From the NCBI RefSeq assembly GCF_000143415.4, contig NW_003314296.1, positions 601,645 to 665,644 on the forward strand: DNA of 64,000 nt, given 5' to 3'. A program made the position numbers and the translations under genes. The notes beneath the pieces are model-generated. The model searched no databases and was not told the DNA's origin. It worked only from the letters and a program-made list of their open reading frames with translations. Numbering within the stretch: the first letter of the stretch is position 1; each line of letters starts with the position of its first letter. Shown one piece after another: positions 11,162 through 23,409 of the stretch. Origin of the DNA: Selaginella moellendorffii. Taxonomy: Eukaryota > Plantae > Lycopodiophyta.

Positions 11162-12970
11162 TTAGTCGATTGTGATGAAATCGTAGACTCGTTTCAATCT
11201 AATGAGATTGAGAAAGAATTCGTCAGCTTCGATGTCAGTGCACTTCATCTGCGTTATTCTTAGCCGAACTTTCCTCAAGAGCGGGCTCCAACTTATCATA
11301 CTCTTCAAGACTTGCAGCTTCCTCTCTGCATTGAGAGGCGATCTAATGGTTATGTTTGCTTCTTCTAACCACAGAGCAAGCGGAGGAGTGGCAATCTACA
11401 AAAAACAAAAAAGATGTCAGACTAAGAGCAATGGTTTGAGTATACAAATCTACCTCCTCCTTCAGCACCAAGGAAGCAAACAATGCCCCATGGGCATCAA
11501 GCTTCTTTAACTTAGGATGGCTCGTGAGAAAATCTCCAAAGTCGATGTCGCGGAAAGGCTCAAAAGCTTCATCATCACCACAAAATTCAATCTTCATGTA
11601 GAGCGTCTCGACTTGAGTGGCAGACTGCAGCATCTTCTGGATAGCACCCCAATCCCATTGAAGACCTCTGATAGACAGGGACGCCAGAGCGGGAAGTTTT
11701 CCCACTTCCACATTGGCAAGCATTCCTGCCAAAAATGAAAACAAACACTATGTCAAAGCTGGATTGAAACAAAGAACGAATACCTGTCTGTTTTGCGATA
11801 GACAAATGCTGTAGAGACGAATCTTCCGCGATACGAATGTACGAGGCCCCCTGAACTTCAAAGACTCTGAGCTTCGGAGCGGCCACTGAGACGAAACAAT
11901 TATCTCCAGATCCACAAAAATCAAGGCGGCATTTCTCCAGTTCTTTCAGCTCCACGCACACCGACCTTATCCCATCACAGCCCAGCAAAGCCAGTTCTCT
12001 GAGAGCCGGACAGGCCGCCAGAATCCCCCTCAAAGCACCGTCCCGGATCCGAGCACCCACAACCTCGAGCGTCCTCAAGCCTGTGAAACTCCTCAAGCCC
12101 ACCGGAGAGTGAAGAAGAATTCCTCCCCACAGCCTCAGTGTCTCTAAGTCGCAGGAGCTGCGGCTGAGAACCTCGAGCTTGCCCACGCAAGCCTTGTCCG
12201 ACCCCTCCTCCACCCGAAACTCGAGAAGCTTCAAGCTCTTGGCAGCGTGCGCTACGCATTCCATGAGCCCGGCAGAGGTAAGCGTGCAGTAGACCACGAG
12301 CTCCTCGAGCTCCGCCGTGCTGCGGACCATCCGGTTCACAAGGGCGCTCGAATGGAGCCCCTTGTCGCTGAGACTCCTTGGAAAGACCAGCCTCCTCACG
12401 CTGCCCATGAGCTCCCTCCACCTCTTGCAAACGCACGAGCACGCCGCTACGTCCTCGGCATTGCTGAGGAGGCATAGCAAATGCTGGACGATGGCGTCCG
12501 GTAGCACGTCCATCAATCCCTCCACAGCGCCAGAAAGATCTGTGTATGGAGATGCGTGAATGCGCTGGAGTGAGGTTCTCGAAATGGCCTTACCTTGCTG
12601 GGCGTCTAGCGATCCCAGCTCCATGGCGCCAGCACCAGAAAGATCTGCCGCGACGAAATAAGCTTCCATCAAACGAAACAATCTCAAATCTTCTCACCTC
12701 GCTTGAGAATCACATCTGGCAATGCGCTTTCCAACCCCAGCTCCATGGCGCCGGCACCAGAAAGATCTGCCGCGATGAAACAAGCTTCCATCAAGCGAAA
12801 AATCTCAAAATCTTCTCACCTCGCTTGAGAATCGCATCCGGCAACGCGTTTTCCAGTCCCAGCTCCATGGCGCCAGCGCCAGAAAGATCTACCGAGACGA
12901 GAACCAGTTCTAGTTCTCTAAAAGCAAAGAATCCACGCTGCTTACCTGCATCTCCGAGAAGAAAGCGCAT
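11162..12970 (-). CDS. F-box/LRR (RNI-like) protein, At1g10780-like
   Basis: F-box MDVLPDAIVQHLLCLLSNAEDVAACSCVCKRWRE followed by LRR-like repeats. Spliced C-terminus ...EADEFFLNLIRLKRVYDFITID*. 5' micro-exons inferred from GT/AG sites, so the start is uncertain. Confidence 0.85.
12594..12888. repeat. ~122-bp tandem exon+intron repeat (about 2.5 units)
   Basis: CCAGCTCCATGGCGCC(A/G)GC(A/G)CCAGAAAGATCT recurs at ~12615, ~12737 and ~12859. Confidence 0.9.
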
Positions 12971-13174
12971 CGATCGAGCTTCCGAGTCACGGCCTCACAG
13001 CGCAGACAGATCAAAATGCTGGGCGCTATCGCGGGACGATCGAAATATCTTGCGCTAAGCTAGGGCGAAAGCGGGAGGATGCTAAAGACTCCACCCCAAA
13101 GGCGCCAAGTACAAATTCTGGCGGGAAGCGAATCTTTTTGGTCAGGATTATTCCTTTTCCGTACAAAGTATATT

Positions 13175-14702
13175 CTACGAACATATACACGAGCAGTTCC
13201 CCGAGCTCCTCTCCACGAGGCGCTTGTCACGATTTATCATCGTCCGTATAAAAGGAAGCTTTTTCTTCACTTCGAGCCAGATCATTTCTACTGCGCCCCC
13301 TTTCTCTTCATACTCGAAATACTTTCTCACCTTCAAGAAAAAAAACGATTACTTTTAGTGAAAAACTCGAAAAAAAGCAGAGTTTTCTCCAACTTTAAAA
13401 AGAACAAATGGATCTCACCTCGCGAAGCCGCTGCTGCTTTTGCTTGAGCAAATCTGGAGAGATACTCCTCAAGTAGGAGCCGAGATATCCTGGCTCCAAA
13501 GCGTTGATCGAAGGAACGAAGATCGCAAACTCGGAGTAATCGAGCTCGTCCTCGAACGGGAGCTCGATGTCGTCGCTCACGATCACCGGCACGCAAACAC
13601 TTACGATCGCATCGAAGAGCCGGCAAGCCGATGGAGTATCGCCGGCAGGATGCAAGCAAAACTTGGAAGTTTGCATTCCAACTTTCGCGAGCCTGCGTCC
13701 TTCGCGAGATTGCGTGCCGTGTTTCATCACCATGTCAGGCTCGACATCTAAGACTTGAAACAACTGGTCGCGGATCTTACCACCCTGGAAACAAAGAAAA
13801 AAGAGATTTTTTATCGAAAAGCTTCGGATAATTCATAGTACCTCTTTCCTGTAGCGGTTTCCCATGAAGAACAGAAGCGTGTCCCGGTCGAGAGTTACGT
13901 TTTCGTTGAAGTATGAGTCGATCCGATGAGTGTATGGAAGAACCACGTCCTTGACTAGAGAAGCTTGATCCGGCTTAAACCTCTCAAAGTCGGAGAGCAA
14001 AAGAACCGTGTTCTTGAGACGATCCCTCAGCCTTTTCAAGGCATTTGGATCCTGGCAAATCACTACGTGATCCCTTCCCTTGTTTTTCTTCCAGCTTTCC
14101 TGTTCTTCCAGCCATGCCATGAGTTCTTCCTGGATATCTTCATCACTGTAAGGATCTTCATCGTCCTCACTCTTGCCATTCCCGACCACCAAGCTCAAGG
14201 ACGAGAAAAACGGCACGTAGAACACATCGGCCTCTTGCGGATTCATCACTCTCACCGACGCATCACTCAGCCTCCTGTCCTCTCCCTGTTCTAGATCGTA
14301 GAAAAGCCACCACTCGGCGCTGTGCTGCGTCCCTGGATACCTCAATCTCTTGTCGTTCCTGGCAATCCCTCTGGATCTAAGATAGCGCTCCACTACCCCG
14401 TAAGTAAATTTGCTAGGCAGATCATACATGAAGATTCTAAGAGGCCGGGACTCGCTTACCGGCAGCGCAATCAAGCTCTCGGAGGATTTGAGGTGCCTGG
14501 CAGCTGGGCCGATGCTCTGGACGACTGCCCGAGACTCGAAATAGAACACATTGCTGGCGCCGTGGAGGACGAGATAGGCGAGCAGTAGCAGCAGCGTCGG
14601 CGCCCAGATTGAGCCGCGGCGCATGAATGTGCTGAGGAAGATCTTCCGCCCTGCCAGTGCCATCAATCCCCCGCCCGCCGGAGACCCTGCATTCTCGCTC
14701 AT
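13175..14702 (-). CDS. Exostosin/GT47 glycosyltransferase (ARAD-like)
   Basis: N-terminal TM, LRIFMYDLPSKFTYG, QHSAEWWL, EADVFYVPFFSSLS, SKFCLHPAGDTPSACRLFDAI. Last exon ends CSCICS*. Three exons. Confidence 0.93.
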
Positions 14703-14807
14703 CCGCGCGCCGGAGCTTCTTGCCCTAGCTCACGGCATTCCCTAATTCTGGGGAGCAAGAGAGACACGTGGCAGTCCCTAATTCGCCACGAGGTTTAGGG
14801 TTCTTCG
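14703..14807. promoter_or_regulatory. 105-bp bidirectional promoter (GT47 / RRP8) with G-box and telo-box
   Basis: Divergent ATGs at 14702 and 14808. GACACGTGGC at 14763-14772 and TTAGGGTT at 14795-14802. Confidence 0.55.
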
Positions 14808-16047
14808 ATGAAGCGCAAGCGAGAGAATGGGGATTCTGGGAAGAAGGGGAAGGAGAATGGCGGCGCTGCGCATCAAGTATCAGGGATTTGTGATGGCCTG
14901 GAGAAGCGGCAGCACTCCGGGAGGAAAGATTCACGGAAGAAATCCACGAGTGTTCTAGACAAGGTATGAATCGAGAGAATTTTCTTGAATCCGATTTGCC
15001 TCTCTCCATAGATGCGGCAGAGGCTTTCTGGCGGCCAATTTCGCATGCTCAATGAAGTTCTCTACACTCGCAGGTTTGAGATCTCGATTTTTTTATTAGC
15101 TCAAAAGCTTTCTTGTTCTCAATGCAGTGGAGAAGGAGCTAAAGACTACTTTGATAAGGATCCCGACGCTTTTAAACTGGTGAGAACTGATCGAGAATCC
15201 TCGAATTCTTTTTTCTCAAGCTAACTGTATCAACTAGTACCACGCAGGATACCAAGAACAAATGTCTCGATGGCCCAAGCTTCCAGTCGATGTGATCATC
15301 GAGTGGCTAAATTCCAGAAACTCCAACTTGGTAGTCGCGGATTTTGGCTGTGGTACGTATATCAATTCCAGAGTTCTCTCTTGTTGATCGTGTTTGTTTT
15401 TTTGTGTGTGATTTCTAGGTGATGCTAGGCTCGCCAAAAGCGTCAAGAACAAAGTCTTTTCATTCGATCTTGTTTCCAATGATCCTGTAGTCACTGCGTG
15501 CAACATGGCCAGTGTAAGCTCCTTTAAAAACTTTCCACTGTTCACTGTTCCATTGTTTTGTCCATTGATCCATTGTTGTTTCTTTTTGTTCATGAATTTT
15601 CAGACGCCTATTCCCAGTTCCTCGGTGGATGTAGCAGTGTTTTGCCTCTCCCTCATGGGAACGGATTATCCAAGCTATCTCAAAGAAGCTCATCGTGTTC
15701 TAAAGGCCAAGTAAGAAGGAAGCTTTTTCTTAGGTTTTTGCTTGCGAAACTAAACTTTTTGCTGTGCCAGAGGATGGCTCTTGATAGCAGAAGTGAAGAG
15801 CCGCTTTGATCCTGCAAACCACGGCGCCGACCCTCAAGTTTTCCTCAGGGGATTGAAATCTCTTGGCTTCAGTCTCGTCAAACAGGTAAATTGCAAGTAG
15901 AAGACGTTCTCATCTCTCGATTCCTGGCAGGATGATTCGAACAGAATGTTCTTACTTTTCTACCTCCGCAAAGACAAAGACGATCGTTCTTCCTCCAAGA
16001 AACTCTCTTGGCCGGAGCTCAAACCTTGCCTCTACAAAAAGCGCTAA
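14808..16047 (+). CDS. RRP8: Ribosomal RNA-processing protein 8 (25S rRNA m1A methyltransferase)
   Basis: [61 protein letters not shown] and C-terminal LKPCLYKKR*. Confidence 0.95.
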
Positions 16048-16383
16048 AAACTTTGAAAGCCCAATGATCACGGTCACGAAGCTTATTCTTTTCCGTACAT
16101 GGTATATCCTATGGACAAATCCCGATTTAGGGCAACTCAATTAAACTTACAACTGTCCCAGGTTTTTTAAAATTCTTTTAGGGGGAATCGAACGATGGTC
16201 GGCGAGGCCAAATCCTAAAGACTAATTTTCCAGGTCAAGCGATGGGGGAGAGGGCGGCGCTTCCACTCCGTCGCGCTCGATTTCCTCGAAATATCGTGTC
16301 TTAAGGGCCCCCGCGATCGATCTGGGAGGAGTCTGCCCTAGGGCGAGAATGTAGCATCAGATTGCGCGTCTAGAGCAGCAGCG

Positions 16384-19124
16384 ATGGCGGGATTTGGAGG
16401 CGTGGTGGTGTCGGATCCATCTCTGGCGAGTCAGCTCACGCAGAAGGAGCTGCGCTACTTGAAGACGCAGGTTCGCGATAGAAATTTCTCTAGCTCTCAT
16501 GGTTTTTCTTCTCTTCCTCCTTTTCGTAGTTTGATTTGCTCAAAGATGACTCTGGACGGATCACCGCGGCTGGTTTGGAGCATGGCACTTCGAAGCTGGG
16601 ATTTTTCCAGCAGGCGCTAACGCAAGAGGAGATCGTTGGAATCATGAAGCAGCACGATCCAGGTTTTACCGGAGGCCTGGATTTCGAATCTTTCCTTCAG
16701 GTAACGAAGGAAAAAAAATTCTAGAGAGATCTTTGGATTGACAAGTGTGGTGATTTGCGTGTGTAGATGTATTTGCATCTACAAAAGATTGGAAGCCCGA
16801 AAGTTATCGGCCCTCACCGAACCTCCGCGTTTCTAAAGGATGCCACAACAATGCTGATTCATACGATCAGTGACTCGGAGAAGAAAGCGTACGTTGATCA
16901 CATCAACAGCTACTTGGCCGACGACTCCGTGTTGGATCCTGTTTTGCCGATCGATGCATCCGGGGGCGACTTGTTTGAAATTGTCAAGGATGGAATTTTG
17001 CTGTGGTAAGTGCCGCTATCTCACACGGCTATTTGATTTCTTATGGATCACTGTTTCGTTTGAAAAGCAAGCTTATCAACGTGGCGGCTCCTGGAACTAT
17101 CGACGAGAGAGCATTAAACATCAAGAGCAGGCTAAATCCTTGGGAAAGAGTCGAGAATCATAAACTGTGCCTGAATTCAGCGAAAGCGGTCGGTTGTTCT
17201 GTTGTCAATATAGGAACGGAAGATCTTGCAGAGGGCAGGGTTAGTACTTCTGATCATGTGCTTTAAAGTATACTGAGACCTTTTCTTTGTCCTGCCAGCC
17301 GCATTTGGTTCTTGGTTTGATTTCTCAAATCGTGAAGGTAAGCTAGTAATCTAGACGTTAAAGTTTCTTTCTCATCATTTTGTATTTTTCTTTTCCAGAT
17401 TCAGCTTCTTTCGGTTGTCAACCTGAAACAGACACCAGAACTAGTGGAGGTGCTGAACGATAGCGAGGTATGGTTTCACGATCTATGTAGATAGAGGTAT
17501 TTTCTTACATTTTTTATCGTACACAGGAAGTTGAAGAGCTCCTGCATCTACCAGCCGAGAAAATGCTGTTAAAGTGGATGAACTTCCATCTGAAAAAATG
17601 TGGCTACAAGAAAGAAGTTACTAATTTCTCTTCTGATGTCAAGGTATGTCTTCGAAAAATTTGGAAACATGGTAATAGGACTTAATAAGTGAACCTTTTA
17701 TGGATAGGATGGTGAAGCTTATACATTGCTTTTGCATGCGTTAGCACCTGAAAGCTGTAGCCTGGCTCCTCTGGAAAAGGATGGGTTGGAAAGGGCGGCA
17801 TTACTACTGTCTCAAGCAGAGAAAATCAACTGCAAAAAGTACTTATCACCAAAGGATGTTGTTGACGGCTCTGCAAATTTGAACCTGGCATTCATAGCGC
17901 ACCTTTTCCACGAGCGGTAGTAGTTTTTCTATTGAACAAGGTTGCATCCTCTTGATTTTCTGTCTCTTTTCAGAAATGGTCTGACGCTGGACACCAGCAA
18001 GGTGGCAGTAACATTTGCCGAGATGATCCAGGACGATGAGCAGGACACGAGAGAGGAACGCGCGTTTCGCATGTGGATCAACAGCCTGGGAATGGACACT
18101 TACCTTCATCATCTCTTCGAGGATGTTCGGGATGGGTAAGTTTTCTTCTTTTTAATTTTGAGCCTTCTAACATTTGAATCTACGATTGCAGATGGGTTTT
18201 GCTCGAGGTTCTTGACAAGCTAAACCCGGGATGTGTCAACTGGAAGCACGCAAACAGACCCCCGATCAAGATGCCGTTCAAGAAAGTTGAGAACTGCAAT
18301 CAGGTTGTGGACATTGGAAAAGGCATGAAGCTGTCGCTAGTGAACGTAGCAGGAAACGACATTGTTCAAGGAAACAAAAAGCTCATTTTAGGTGCTTCTC
18401 GCTTACCTCAAGCTCGAAGAACTCCTAACAATTGCACTTGTTGTGCAGCTTTTTTGTGGCAACTGATGAGATATAGCATGCTTCACGTACTTAAGAAGCT
18501 GAGGCTGCACGGCAAAGAGGTCTCCGATGCGGATATTCTACAGTGGACAAATGAGAAAGTTAAGCGTGCTGGTAGAGAGTCGAGAATGGAAAGCTTCAAG
18601 GTAAGCCCGCCTTTTGTGCACGATTTCTGTCAATCTCATAAATCTTTCCTGGACCTGCGATAGGATAAAAGTCTGGCGAATGGTATCTTCTTTCTCGATC
18701 TCCTTGCTGCTGTGGAGCCAAGAGTAGTGAACTGGAATCTAGTTACAAAGGGAGAAACAGGTAGGCAAGCTTGGTTTTTGTTGTCCACCTTCATTTTTGT
18801 TGCTTTTCATCCAGACGAGGATAGGAAGCAAAACGCAAACTATATCATCAGCGTGGCACGAAAACTTGGCTGCTCGATCTTCCTCCTGTGGGATGACATT
18901 GTAGAGGTAAAGAAAGAAGATGTCTCTTCCTTTCTTTCTTAGTTACAAACTTTTGATCCATCCATTGTTTGATCCAGGTGAGGCCAAAGATGATCTTGAC
19001 GCTCGCAGCGAGCATCATGCTCTGGGATTTTTCGTCCAAATCCAACAAAGCTACGGCCGCGAGCGCTGTTCCAGAGCTTGGAAAGAAAGAAGAGGCGAAT
19101 GGAGCAAATGGAAAGGGCGTGTAA
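16384..19124 (+). CDS. Fimbrin (actin-bundling, four CH domains)
   Basis: [92 protein letters not shown]. Confidence 0.96.
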
Positions 19125-19294
19125 AGGTTGATTACTTTGGTTTTTTGGCTTTCCAGAGAGATTGCGTGAAATAGGCTGGTGTAAATTGTTTTTGTACATT
19201 GTGAGAATGTTCTATTCTTTTGCAATAAGATTCGATCAACGGCAAATTTTAGGGTTCTTCAAACTTTTGGGGTTTTTCACTGTTCTTCGTGGTA

Positions 19295-20927
19295 ATGCGA
19301 TCGATCGCTCCAAATCCACCCGACATTGAGGATCTGGACGGGCGCTGCTTCCACGAGCACGAGGTGACGAGCATCAGGAGGGATTTGCTGGATTGGTACG
19401 ATAGAAACAAGCGCGATCTTCCATGGCGGCCGGATGATTTTGTGGGAGAGAATGTGGAGGAGAGAGCTTACTCTGTGTGGGTCTCGGAGATGATGCTCCA
19501 GCAAACGACGGTAGGAAGAGTGAAAGATTATTTTCCCAGATGGATGAGCAAGTGGCCGAGCTTGAGCCATCTCTCGCAAGCTTCTCAAGAGGTTTGTATA
19601 CAAAGAAAAAAATCTCTTTTGTTCTTAGGATTTTTTTTTCTTCTTCTTTTTTCGTCATAGGAAGTAAACTCACTATGGGCTGGACTTGGCTATTACAGAC
19701 GCGCGAGGTTCCTTCTCGAGGCAGGTATTCAAACTCTTTTTTTTTTCGCTTGTGCTTCACGAGTTCTTGCGATCAGGGAGCGAAGCACATCGTGGAAAAT
19801 TCCGGGGGCATTTTCCCTCGAGATGCAGCTGAGCTGCGGCAAATCCCTGGCATTGGAAACTACACAGCCGGTGCTATTGCTTCCATTGCATTCAAGCAGG
19901 TAACTTCTTTGCTTTGTTTTCGTTGTTTTCCCATTTAAGTTCTTTTTTGTTCTTTGTTATCTCATTGCTTTGTTTTCATTGTTTTCTCACAGCCGGTGCC
20001 CGCAGTGGATGTGAATGTCATCCGTGTGATCTCTCGGCTACGAGCTATCTCAGATGCAACACGAGAGTCCAAACTTTTATGGTAAGCTTTTCGCAAGTTG
20101 GAACTCTCATGCCAAATTTTTTTCTTCCAGGAAACTAGCGGGAGAGATTGTAGACTTGGAAAGGCCCGGAAGTTTCAACCAAGCGCTCATGGATCTTGGC
20201 TCCGCGGTGTGCAAGACAAAGGCTCCTTTGTGCTCGGGGTGTCCCATAGCCGGCTCTTGCAAGGCTTTTCTTCTTCAAAAGCAGTCAGCTGACAAGGAAG
20301 TGGCCGTGAGCGTCACAGATTTCCCAGCCAAGTCCATCAAAGCGGCACCGCGAGAAGAGTTTACTGCCGTGTGCGTCGTGGAACTTCTTCCACTTGGAGA
20401 CGATGGCTCGTTGTTCCTCCTCGTACAAAGGCCCGAGAATGGTTTGCTTGCCGGACTGTGGGAGTTTCCGGCCGTGTTGCTTAAAGATCCAAAGACCTCC
20501 GCCAAGACGAGAAGAACAAGCGTCAACAAGTACCTGCGAAGCTCTCTCGGCTTAAGCCTGGACAAGTCCAGTGTCAAGACTCGCGAAGAAGTTGGAAGCT
20601 ACAGACATGTCTTCTCGCACATCCGGCTCAATATGTTCGTGGAATGGTTACAAATCTCCTCCACCGGTAAGCGATATAGTCTCTTATGAAGTTTCTTACC
20701 AAGTTCTTGGGTTTAGACGATAACGCTGCTATGGAGGCCAAAACACTTCCAAGAACACAATGGGTGAAGTACTCGGCTCTGGAGAAAATGGGACTCACTA
20801 GTGGCGTGAAAAAGGTAAGCAAGCAAAGCTAGTTTCTCAAAACTCTCACAACACCACCACGCAGGTTTTCTCGATGGTTTCTAAACACCGTGACAAGAGA
20901 CAAGGATCCAAGAGAAAAACTCCATAG
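19295..20927 (+). CDS. MUTYH: A/G-specific adenine DNA glycosylase (MutY homologue)
   Basis: KRDLPWR, AYSVWVSEMMLQQT, GLGYYRRAR, HhH IPGIGNYTAGAIASIAF, Fe-S motif CKTKAPLCSGCPIAGSC and NUDIX-like GLLAGLWEFP. Confidence 0.96.
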
Positions 20928-20967
20928 AGGGAGGGTACCTTAAGCGAAGGATTCTTACAAAGATCTA

Positions 20968-22046
20968 TCAAGTGGTCGTCTGGCATCTGGGATTGTACCC
21001 GGTGCCACCAAAGTAAAGCCTTCCAGTCCGCTGCTCGACGTACGTATAGTAGCAATCGCCAACGTTGTCAAAGGTAAGCTGTATGAGATGCTCGCCAACC
21101 AGTTTCGTTGTTACGTTGTCAGCATCTGTGACGACGAGATCGACTTGGAAAGCAGAAAAGCCGTAGCCTGCGAGAGGGAAGAAGCCACTGCCCATCTCGG
21201 TGTACGTGTGGCGGTTCTCGTTCCACTTGTTTAAGACTCGGCCACCGAAAGAGACGATAGCGGCTCCTCCGCTGTCCATCTCGGGTAACAGGCCGAAAGG
21301 GAAGTATCCAACTTTCTCGTTATCGTTGTAGACCCACCAGTCTCCTTGACCATCCTGAGACAATGGTGGTGGTTTAGAGATCTTTGTACGACTGGAAGAA
21401 TCAAATGCAATTTTTGTACCTTGAGAACAGCCAGAGCCGTAGTGTACTGCGTTCCATTTAAATCCGAGACCATGTTGTCCAGTGTGAGTCCCACAATTAT
21501 GTTGGTAGAGGTTTGGATAAATCCCTGGCAATTGGTGTTGAAGCATCCAATCCGGCCGCTTTCATCGAGTATCTATCAAGCTATAAAGTCAGTCTCCAAG
21601 CAAAGCAGCGATACAAAGAGAGACAGTTACCGTCCAGCGAACAAAGAGATGAGTTTCATTGTCCTCGTACAGTAGAGGATAGACCTGGTAAAAGAGAAAA
21701 GAGAGGAACTTTACCAAAGAAGCAAAGGTACTTGCGTGCCAGCCAATTTCAATGAGGTTTGTCAGGTTGCTGGAGACCAAAGTGATTTGCGAGGCACTGT
21801 ACTCGTTCGTCATCTCCACATTTGGATTCCATACGTTTAGAGACGAAGAAGCTCCGATAAAAGTCCCCAGCAAATCTCCCATCGCTAGCTGCCGTGAACG
21901 AAAAAACGAACACAAACAACCGAAGTACTAACGAAAAAGTCTAGCTTTGGAAAGAAGGGTCTTGCCTCGACGCTGCTGTTTTGAGCTCCAGTGCGAACTG
22001 CAGCCATCGCCAACAGCACCATCAGAGTCAGGAGCAATCCTCCCAT
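20968..22046 (-). CDS. Secreted neprosin (DUF239)-domain protein, divergent
   Basis: Signal peptide MGGLLLTLMVLLAMAAV, then LNVWNP, SASQI, IEIGWH|VYP.LY, GDWW, VGYFP, HTYTEMGSGFFP and LYFGGTGYNPRC. Confidence 0.85.
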
Positions 22047-22143
22047 CTTCGTCTTCTTCGCTGCTCGAGCTTTGCTGCGAAGAGACCATCTAGAACACGA
22101 GGGTCGGTCGCAAGAGCTTCACATTCTCATAACTTCGGCTTTG

Positions 22144-23409
22144 TCATGCTAGTGCCAAAAGCCTCGCGTGTAATCCCAAGTGAGACTCTTGTGACTTGTC
22201 GCAAGCCACAGCCAAGTCGTCGGGCACGCTGCCGTGCAGCGCTATAACTTCCGCCAAAACCATCTGGATGCTACTCTCGATCCCCCGGCTCCTGGCTCTT
22301 ATCTCCTGGATTTCCTGCGGCGGATACACTGAAGCTCCCAGCTCGTCTACGTCCACACCTATACTTCTAGCCTGCTCCAAGATCTTTTCCAAGCTCTCGA
22401 GCTTCCCGGGAGCGCTGGTATCCTGTGCCTTGGTAACCACGTAGAGCAGCTGCCTTACCACGACGAGCACGGCGCTGATAACATCCTTGACAGCGCTGGC
22501 AACGTCCATTTCTCCAGGTGAAAACTTTGCGTCAAAGCTCAGTGTCTCGGGGTCAACTTCGCTGCTGCAATGGCTGCCGCTGCCTCCTCCATCACCATCA
22601 TCGTCATCAATCGTTCCTTCCGCTCGCTCCAATTCAATTTCATTCATTTCACGTACCACGTCCTTTATGGAAGTCCCAACTTGCACAATGGCCCTTCCCA
22701 CTGCGGTACGATTATCAGACGGAGCTTTCAGTACAAGCTCGCAAGCTTCCCACACGCAGCCTGTAAGAGGCGGTAGTGCTTCCAGCCTCGCAGCTGCAAC
22801 AAAGAAAGAGAAAAGCTTACTTAATACCCAGTCGACCAAAGAAAAAGAATCGAAAGAAATCGTGGAAAAGCTCGCATCACCTTGAGAGCCGAGAGATAAG
22901 GCACTTTCCAGCAGCGACAAGCTGGATTCCAACGCTCCTTTCGCGACGGCCTGGACGGTGGATAAAAGAGTCGGGCCAGCCCCCACAGTGCTCCCATGGC
23001 ACAAGAGGAGAAAGCCTTGCAGTGTGTTGATGTAGCTCTCCACTTTGTCCGCAGCCTCTTGCGCCGATGGAGTCCCACTCCACAGCATTCCAGCTGAGTG
23101 AGAGAAACAAAGCTTAAAAAACTCCCAAAAAGGAGGGGAATAACATCAAGGAACATCGAGGAGATTGAAACTTACTTGTCGTGGCTTCTTTCGAGACAGC
23201 CTCCGCCGCTTTCTTGACATCACTCCACGGTACTCTCTCGCAGGCGGACGGCGCTGGCTCGTTGAGCATCTGAAAATCGGAGAAATTCGCGTGGAAATTT
23301 ACCCGGAAAGGAGGCGTACCTCGAGCGTGCTGCGAAGCGCCACCGCGTGAATGCGCACGGCGCCAAGCAAGCCGCCATCGCTACCGCTCTTCCCACGCCC
23401 CTGCTTCAT
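22144..23409 (-). CDS. Cyclin-D1-binding protein 1 (GCIP/CCNDBP1)-like
   Basis: VSKEATTTGMLW, LQGFLLLCHGSTVGAGPTL, GCVWEAC, IKDVVREM and VDELGASVYPPQE. Confidence 0.88.

Noticed and set aside
12594-12888. Repeat-spacer appearance suggesting a CRISPR array
   Set aside because: The intervening sequences are themselves homologous, the context is eukaryotic, and exon duplication explains it.
16181-16200. Reverse-strand GTTCGATTCCC, like a tRNA T-loop
   Set aside because: No cloverleaf or A-box can be built around it.
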